Below, one piece after another: positions 1 through 5,925 of a stretch of DNA of 6,154 nucleotides. The notes beneath the pieces were generated by a model, which did not search any database, was not told the origin of the DNA, and was given only the letters and a program-made list of their open reading frames with translations. The DNA lies in NCBI GenBank assembly GCA_905250045.1, contig CAJNOG010000082.1, positions 337,822 to 343,975 on the forward strand, given 5' to 3'. The position numbers and the translations under genes were made by a program. Origin of the DNA: Adineta steineri (taxonomy: Eukaryota). Position 1 is the stretch's first letter, and each line of letters begins with the position of its first letter.

Positions 1-1603
1 AATGCCAATGGTATTTTTCAACACTCGGATCAACATATGATCAATAAGTTTTACAAATATTGTCATGATCAATGTGTTTTACCAAATCTCGATCAAACAG
101 GGGAAGAACTTGAGCTAGTCGGATTTGAAAAATATGTTCACGAGGTTAAAGATAAATGGCATGTTTTATCTCGTTTAGCAACAGAAGAACTCTTACGTAC
201 ACCGACGACAAATCGTTCAAGATCAGCACGAGTCCATACTTACAATCTAATGCTGAGTTATTGTCAACAAGATACCAAAAAGTGTCAGCATCTCATTAAA
301 CGATTTAGCGAAGAGGGTTTATCCGTATGGGCAGAACCGATCATCGACGAACAGCCACGTGATGCTTCCTCTCAGATGAATAAATCAGAGTGCATTATTC
401 TTTGTATTAGTGAAAATTATTATGAGAGTCAATCATGCGAGAAAGAAGCAAGACATGCTTTGCAAACGGGCAAACCAACTTTCTTCGTAAAAGTTCGAAA
501 TGATCCATTGTTCGGTTGGCAACGAGAGATCTTTGAAGGAAAATTACTTTTTTCATTTTTTGGATCCAATCATTACTTAAATTTGCAATATGATCATTTA
601 TTATTGAAGATTGTAAGTATTGCCAAATGTCATATTGTTTCTCTATCACACACTTTGATTTTCTGTGTAGTTACAATCGATTAAACCAAACAATTCCTCT
701 TTGAAACTACCAGTCGAACAACTACGATTGAAATATGATAGAAGAGTTCAAACCCTCATGCAAATTGGTCATATAGAAAATGAAGAAATGGTAATGTTAA
801 TACAACAGCTACAGAACGTTATTGATGCTACTGATCCAGAAAAAACTGAGTCAGACGAACAAACTCAAGAAACTAATACTGATCACCGAGACGAGAAGAA
901 GAATAAAGGTAAGTGCACGGATCGGAGTTCTTCTAAAATATAATCTATCTTTGTCGGAATAGGAGAATACGAATGGATCGAACGTTGGCTAAGAAAACCA
1001 ACGAATATTACAAAACAGAATCTACCACCGTTTGCATTCAGTGGTGATATCAATGATGCGATATTTCCGATGCCTGAATATATAGTTCAGCAACTAGGTA
1101 TAGAAGATCAATCACTTTTATTCACACAACCTTCTACAGCAAAATTTCGAAATATATTTGAATGCGATATTATTAAACGATCAGTCGTACGTCCATCTCC
1201 ACGCGATTTATTGAATGAATTTCCTGTAGATGACGAATATACCTATGGAATGTGTACACAACAAACAGAATACCCTAATTGTATGTTTCAAGTATTGGCT
1301 GACTGGCATTCTAGTACCAATGAAGATACACAGAGTAAAACACGTTTACCTTGTTTACCAGCAGAAGTATCCAATCACTCCAAAAATAAGGCACAAAAAC
1401 GTCGTGATTCAAACCGTACAGACGATTCGACAAACAAGAAAGAAGAAGGTGCCAAATATATTGCTAAAAAATACCAACCTACTACTCGTGCAGAATTAGA
1501 TGTCTACTTCAAACAGTTTGCTCAACGAATGCAAGAAAATATCATTCAATTTGAAAATTTCTGTGCAACGGATGCCGCGCACCCAACCAGTCGGAAAAAG
1601 TGA
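1..1603 (+). CDS. TIR-domain protein, 5'-truncated by window edge; three exons: <1..612, 671..908, 963..1603
   Basis: Frame 1 is open from base 1 (NANGIFQHSDQHMINKFYKYCHDQ...). TIR-like core: TYNLMLSYCQQDTKKCQHLIKRFSEEGLSVWAEP...MNKSECIILCISENYYESQSCEKEARHAL...KPTFFVKV...GWQ. Intron 1 is 613-670 (GTAAGTAT...TGTGTAG, phase 0); intron 2 is 909-962 (GTAAGTGC...GGAATAG, phase 1). The spliced length 612+238+641=1491 is divisible by 3 and joins provided ORFs 37..684, 701..943 and 1070..1603 into one reading frame ending TGA at 1601-1603. Confidence 0.85.
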
Positions 1604-1647
1604 CGAACCATCCAGTAATCTTCGTATTTTTTGAACCGATTCTTTGA

Positions 1648-1690
1648 GGGTGTGGGTGTCTCTTCTCTTAGCTCATACCCACACTCACCT
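1648..1690. repeat. G-rich/C-rich foldback: GGGTGTGGGT ... ACCCACAC(T)C
   Basis: GTGTGGGT (1650-1657) and its exact reverse complement ACCCACAC (1677-1684), extended by G.T and G-C pairs, 19-nt loop, about 45 bp after the TIR gene stop. Confidence 0.6.
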
Positions 1691-1810
1691 ACCCTTATTA
1701 ACTGTAGAACAGAGTTAAATAATCATATTGAAATTTCTCTTCTTATCGTTTCAAAGTTAGAAAAATGTTTCGTCGTATAATTCAGTTGGTATTAATATTT
1801 TTACTGTTTT

Positions 1811-1829
1811 TTTTAGATAAGATATAAAA
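1811..1829 (+). promoter_or_regulatory. Splice acceptor just upstream of the start codon (cis 5'-UTR intron or spliced-leader site), copy A
   Basis: TTTACTGTTTTTTTTAG|ATAAGATATAAAA-ATG: a T-rich tract and AG at 1815-1816, 13 nt before the ATG. Copy B has the same arrangement at 3434-3435. Confidence 0.45.
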
Positions 1830-2391
1830 ATGACTAGTAGTTCAGCGAAATCATCTGAGCCTCTTACAGCAAAACATCCGATATCAGGTATGGTTTTTTC
1901 ATCATTATAAATTTTCTGACAGTTATTCAAGTTATTCAGGATCAATCTCCGACAGTCAATCAACTTCGTTTGGACTCGAACACAAACAAAATAAGAATGA
2001 ATCATTATCCAGTTCTAGCCAATTTGTAAATTCTAAGAATTCTCAAACAAACAAAGAAGACGTATTTTATGACTCCTCCGATACGGAAGAGGATAGCCCT
2101 GAAGAAGACTGTAGTCCTGGTAAAGCGTTATAAAAATCAACATTTATCTAAAGACGAAAGTATCATTTTTGTTCATTAGGACCTGCTGCATACAATATAG
2201 GCGGGAGTTCGATGAAATGGGTGTATCCATCATCACCTCGTTACTCATTTGGCTTACATTGGAACTGCGTATTGGTGAAATCTGATCACACACCAGGCCC
2301 TGGTACTTATAGCACAACCTCACCACAATGCTACAAACAAAAGGCACCTAGATATTCGTTTGGTGTTAATCACTCTATTAAAAGGCTCTAG
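1830..2391 (+). CDS. SHIPPO-repeat / ODF3-like (CIMAP-like) protein, copy A; exons 1830..1887, 1940..2119, 2180..2391
   Basis: Splicing GT-AG introns 1888-1939 (52 bp) and 2120-2179 (60 bp) gives a 450-nt ORF: MTSSSAKSSEPLTAKHPISGSISDSQSTSFGLEHKQNKNESLSSSSQFVNSKNSQTNKEDVFYDSSDTEEDSPEEDCSPGPAAYNIGGSSMKWVYPSSPRYSFGLHWNCVLVKSDHTPGPGTYSTTSPQCYKQKAPRYSFGVNHSIKRL*. It has two PGPxxY...PRYSFG motifs, and the same exon layout occurs in copy B. Confidence 0.8.
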
Positions 2392-2778
2392 GTATTATGA
2401 AATACAAAGATTAGTATAACCGCGCAGCCATCATGACTAACTTCTAAATCATTTTTTTTTCTTGGGTGTGCGTATTATTTTTACTGTACTCAAATCGTCA
2501 TACTCATCCTCAAGATCTCAATATTTATCAATCGTTAATATATATAAATCTCAATCGAAAGATAAATACATTTCAACTGATCTATGTTTTTTAATATTTA
2601 TTCGAAGATATGACTAATTCTAAGAGATCGAGTTTCGTACTTTTTTCTCAACTGAATGAGTCTATCGGAGCTGGTATATGTGAATTGGGAGAAAAAATGA
2701 ATACTATCGTTTTTTTCATGTGTTGTTGACTAATAAAAAGTCTAGATTTTCTCCATTAAATCAGGATCACAAAAAACG

Positions 2779-2969
2779 TTAAACATCATGCACACGTTGG
2801 TTGCTAGTGATGGATGCCTGAAAAAACGGACACAAAGAATTATCGTGAGTAATCTTGTCGGCACAACTTTCGCAGAAACCTCTACAGTCATAAGGAATAA
2901 AAAAGAAATTTCGTTGATCATCGAAACAAATGGGACAATTAGATATCTCTCTGATTTGGTCTACTTTCG
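2779..2969 (-). pseudogene. RING-finger C-terminal exon/remnant with degenerate zinc ligands
   Basis: Minus strand, after a candidate acceptor (CTCCTTCACTTTTCAG, AG at 2971-2970): AKVDQIREISNCPICFDDQRNFFFIPYDCRGFCESCADKITHDNSLCPFFQASITSNQRVHDV*. The spacing matches C-x2-C...PCGH-x3-C-x2-C...CPxC, but the expected PCGH reads PYDC and the final CPxC reads CPFF. Confidence 0.55.
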
Positions 2970-3424
2970 CTGAAAAGTGAAGGAGAATAACAACAACTAT
3001 TTGTACAAAATTCATTCATTTTTTAAAATGCATCAATTCAGTATTGACAAGAAGAAAAGGTGCACAGTACACGAGCGATGATTTGTACACAGCCGTAGAT
3101 TATTCTGAAGTTTTTTCACTTTTTTTCTTTCGCAAGAAATGATGAAACAACAAGAAAAGTGTGAAGATGCGAATGTTGCTTTGGTAATTCCAACATAAAG
3201 TACAGTATGACGCATACACTATTTTTTTTTGTACACGTTTTCAATAAAGAATACGTCTTTTTCTTATTCCACAGTATGACGTACACATTTAACGAGACTG
3301 CTTTTTTTATTGACTGTAGAACAGAGTTTAATAATCATACTAAAATTTCTCTTATTGTTTTAAAGTTGGAAAAATGTTTTGTCGGATGATTCAGTCGGTG
3401 TTAATGTTTCTGCTCTTTTTCTTT

Positions 3425-3448
3425 TCTTCTTTTAGATAAGACATAAAA
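3425..3448 (+). promoter_or_regulatory. Splice acceptor just upstream of the start codon, copy B
   Basis: TCTTCTTTTAG|ATAAGACATAAAA-ATG, AG at 3434-3435, 13 nt leader as in copy A. Confidence 0.45.
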
Positions 3449-4027
3449 ATGACGAGTAGTCCAGCGAAATCATCTGAACCTCTTACGACAAAGAATCCGA
3501 CATCAGGTATTGTTTTTTCATTATTATATATTTTCTGATAGTTATTCAAGTTATTCAGGATCAATCTCTGACAGTCAATCAGCTTCATTTGAACTCGAAC
3601 ACAAACAAAATAAGAATAAATCATCAAGTTCTAGCCAATTTGTAAATTCCAAGAATTCTCAAGCAAACAAAGGAGCCGTAATTTATGACTCCTCCGATAC
3701 GGAACAGGATAAACCTAAAGAAGACTGCGGTCCTGGTAAAGTGTATAAATATCACTATTTATCTAAAGACGAAAGTATCATTTTTATTGATTAGGACCTG
3801 CTGCATACAACATAAGTGAGAGTTCGAAGAGATGTGCGTATCCATCATCACCTCATTACTCACTTACCCCACGTCGAGAGAGCAGTTGGTTAAATTATAA
3901 CAATAATCCGGGTCCATGCTATCACCTATTCGGACCAGAATACTACAAGCAAAGAGCACCTAGTTATTCTTTTGGTCATAAGCACTCAATGAAAAAGGCT
4001 CTGGGTATTGTGAAATACAAAGATTAG
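3449..4027 (+). CDS. SHIPPO-repeat / ODF3-like protein, copy B; exons 3449..3506, 3559..3735, 3795..4027
   Basis: Introns 3507-3558 (52 bp) and 3736-3794 (59 bp) give a 468-nt ORF: MTSSPAKSSEPLTTKNPTSGSISDSQSASFELEHKQNKNKSSSSSQFVNSKNSQANKGAVIYDSSDTEQDKPKEDCGPGPAAYNISESSKRCAYPSSPHYSLTPRRESSWLNYNNNPGPCYHLFGPEYYKQRAPSYSFGHKHSMKKALGIVKYKD*. It is homologous to copy A along its length, including introns. Confidence 0.8.
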
Positions 4028-4073
4028 TACAAACACGCAGCTATCATAATTGACTTACAAATCGTTTTTTTTC

Positions 4074-4121
4074 GTGGGTGTTGGTGATATTTTTATTATA
4101 CTCAAACCCCCACATCCACCC
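4074..4121. repeat. Related foldback after SHIPPO copy B: GTGGGTGTTGG ... CCCCCACATCCACCC
   Basis: GGGTG (4076-4080) can pair with CACCC (4117-4121). The layout (G-rich arm, T-rich middle, ACTCAAACCCCCACA arm) matches the 1648-1690 element. Confidence 0.4.
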
Positions 4122-4157
4122 GCATGCATATGAAAAATGAAAACTTATATTATCGGG

Positions 4158-4186
4158 TGAGAATATGACGAATGAACATATTCTCA
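4158..4186. repeat. Perfect 10-bp inverted repeat with 9-nt loop
   Basis: TGAGAATATG (4158-4167) - ACGAATGAA - CATATTCTCA (4177-4186), an exact reverse-complement match. Confidence 0.8.
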
Positions 4187-4264
4187 TTCATATCTATCTT
4201 CAAGATTCATGTAAACTGATATATAACAATGAAGTGACAGGAAAAAGAAAAACTTCTCTGAACT

Positions 4265-4270
4265 AATAAA
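4265..4270 (+). terminator. Candidate polyadenylation signal AATAAA for SHIPPO copy B
   Basis: AATAAA about 240 nt after the stop at 4027. Motif only. Confidence 0.25.
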
Positions 4271-4381
4271 TTAAATAGTATGAGAGCTTTTCAGAATAGA
4301 TTTGTAGAACAAGTCCGTACACATATCTGTGTTCTGAACTGGCTCCCTTCTTACTGGATATATACATCAAAATTTGATTAA

Positions 4382-4387
4382 TTTATT
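4382..4387 (-). terminator. Candidate polyadenylation signal (AATAAA on minus) for the membrane-protein gene
   Basis: Plus TTTATT = minus AATAAA, about 120 nt downstream of the minus-strand stop at 4509. Motif only. Confidence 0.3.
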
Positions 4388-4508
4388 CAAGAATTGAAAT
4401 TTCGCATGATTTTTAGTCAATTTACAAAAATGCAGGCTTATTGGAATGATATGGAACAACAGTTTTTATACAATGTTAGTATTAGCAGCACAGCGACAAT
4501 GGGAATAT

Positions 4509-5925
4509 TCATTGATAAAAGTAAAGAGCGATATTATCGACACAACCATCATTATCGGAGATTCCTGCGGTACGAGTGATTGTAACCGTCACCAGTGAAG
4601 ATCGAGCACTGGTTGGCACGAGTCCACTAGTTTGCTTAAAAAGCAGTTCGCTCACGCTCCCACGATCTACAGCTAATACTGGCCCAAGCACGGATGTACT
4701 ACCCACGGCTTGATTGAGTTGATTGATAAATGTTAGCGAGACTTGAACATTGTCATCTTGACTAGAATAACCGCCAATCCATGCCGAAAAATTAAATCGT
4801 ACTGTTTGGTTGTCTATGAGAACAGGATTGATTGAGCTAGCCATGTTTACATATTGCCACATTGAAGTAACATCCGAAACTTGCCCATAGAAATAACATT
4901 GTCCACGATCACTATGAAAAGAAAAGAGTCGCGCATGAAATTATTTGTATATCTTTCTGTTACCTAGGACCTGGAGTCGTAGAGGTTAAGTCACCACCAG
5001 TAGCACTATAATATATTTGCGTAATCGTTCCATTGTACGTCCAACCTGTTGGACTTGTTATGCCGGATCCTGTTTCGCATGAACCATTCTCTCCGCCACC
5101 ATTGACCAGCCAGTTAGATGTGGAGACTAAGTAAAAAAATCATTTAATTAGTGCACCAGTGTATGCACTCAGTGAAATCTGAACTCTTTAAGAACTGTTG
5201 AAACCCTGCAATCCTATTACATTGTGATAAAAGCCATGGGAGTGTGGTTTTAGTCTTGTTATCACACTCAATTATGCCGTCTGATAGTTTTATCATAGTA
5301 TAATATGATTACAGAGTTCTACACGTTTCAAAAGAATTCGAACACGTCTTCTAGAATCAGCATCTTACTTGTAGTTGTTGTTGTTGTTGTTGATACTGTT
5401 GTTGTTTGAGCTGAAAATATCAATCATTATAGATGGATTCACAAAAATTCAGTTTTTATGTAAAATATGTTATCAACTCTTTCTTTCTACACCATTATTC
5501 GTTTTTAGATACTATGATTGTTCACATGTCTAGCGAAACCTAAGTGTGGATCAATCTTTTCTTTGTTCTTCATCTGCTCTCCTAACTCAACACAGATCTC
5601 TCCCTCTCTAAAACTATGTTACTATTTAAATAAGAATATGTGCTTCTTTCTTTCTACTGATTCAATGACTACAAGACTTCTCAGTTAATCATGATGGTAA
5701 TTATATTTACTCGTGACAGTTGTTGCAGTTGTTGTTGATGTTGAAGCAGTATTTTTTTTTGCTGTTTATAATAAAATATTTTTTTAGTAAAAAGAAATAA
5801 AGAAATATTATAGAGACTACATACTTAGTAAAAATCCTAGTAGAAGTCCAAGTCCTATCGCCAGGAGAAGACCAATAGTTATCAATACGCAGCATAAAAT
5901 CCAGCCTCGAAAATATGCACGTTCT
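4509..5925 (-). CDS. Type II single-pass membrane protein with Thr-rich stalk and extracellular beta-sandwich/galactose-binding-like domain, 5'-truncated; exons (minus strand order) >5925..5825, 5761..5711, 5410..5369, 5126..4964, 4911..4509
   Basis: All junctions are GT-AG and in phase: introns 5762-5824, 5411-5710, 5127-5368, 4912-4963. Reassembled protein: ...ERAYFRGWILCCVLITIGLLLAIGLGLLLGFLLTKKNTASTSTTTATTVTTQTTTVSTTTTTTTISTSNWLVNGGGENGSCETGSGITSPTGWTYNGTITQIYYSATGGDLTSTTPGPSDRGQCYFYGQVSDVTSMWQYVNMASSINPVLIDNQTVRFNFSAWIGGYSSQDDNVQVSLTFINQLNQAVGSTSVLGPVLAVDRGSVSELLFKQTSGLVPTSARSSLVTVTITRTAGISDNDGCVDNIALYFYQ*. This extends the provided 4509..4862 ORF. Upstream N-terminal exon(s) were not resolved. 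Confidence 0.72.
5370..5408. repeat. (TTG/CAA)n microsatellite-like tract used as coding sequence (poly-Thr)
   Basis: Plus strand TTGTAGTTGTTGTTGTTGTTGTTGATACTGTTGTTGTTTG. Minus strand reads CAA ACA ACA ACA GTA TCA (ACA)5 ACT ACA = QTTTVSTTTTTTT within the in-phase exon 5369..5410. Confidence 0.75.

Larger units (their letters stand above)
1696..2510 (+). repeat. Direct duplication unit A (leader, SHIPPO gene copy A and 3' flank)
   Basis: Similarity to 3308-4121 starts at ACTGTAGAACAGAGTTwAATAATCAT, runs through both introns and all exons, and continues past the stop into CAAATCrTTTTTTTT..GGGTGT. Confidence 0.85.
3308..4121 (+). repeat. Direct duplication unit B (leader, SHIPPO gene copy B and 3' flank)
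   Basis: Partner of the 1696-2510 unit in the same orientation, about 1.6 kb downstream. Outer boundaries are approximate. Confidence 0.85.

Noticed and set aside
407-649. Minus-strand 80-aa ORF
   Set aside because: Antisense to the TIR-coding exon; no domain pattern.
1230-1499. Plus-strand 89-aa ORF in another frame
   Set aside because: Overlaps the third exon of the TIR gene out of frame; no support.
1757-2005. Minus-strand ORF (MIHSYFVCVRVQTKLIDCRR...), with a similar minus-strand ORF at 3391..3627
   Set aside because: The similarity is fully explained by the direct duplication. Both are antisense shadows across exon 1, intron 1 and exon 2 of the SHIPPO genes, and the plus-strand models have consistent splicing and a recognisable motif.
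2144-2347. Minus-strand ORF inside copy A exon 3
   Set aside because: Antisense to the SHIPPO-coding exon; no recognisable domain.
2788-2973. Plus-strand 61-aa ORF over the RING remnant
   Set aside because: Antisense of the RING-like reading frame, which is the better-supported strand.
3221-3310. Homopolymer T runs as retroelement poly(A) tails
   Set aside because: T/A runs are frequent throughout this AT-rich window. No reverse transcriptase, target-site duplication or element body is visible.
3033-3389. Minus-strand ORFs 3033..3215 and 3207..3389
   Set aside because: Low-complexity Phe-rich products of T/A-rich sequence; no motif. I also looked for upstream RING exons here and found none convincing.
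4394-4579. Plus-strand 61-aa ORF
   Set aside because: Overlaps the 3' end of the minus-strand ectodomain exon in antisense; the tail mirrors the coding strand only.
5707-5895. Minus-strand ORF MLRIDNYWSSPGDRTWTSTRIFTKYVVSIIF...
   Set aside because: A different frame from the transmembrane-encoding exon. It reads through the 63-bp intron and A/T runs, and the phase-consistent alternative gives a clear TM segment plus Thr stalk.
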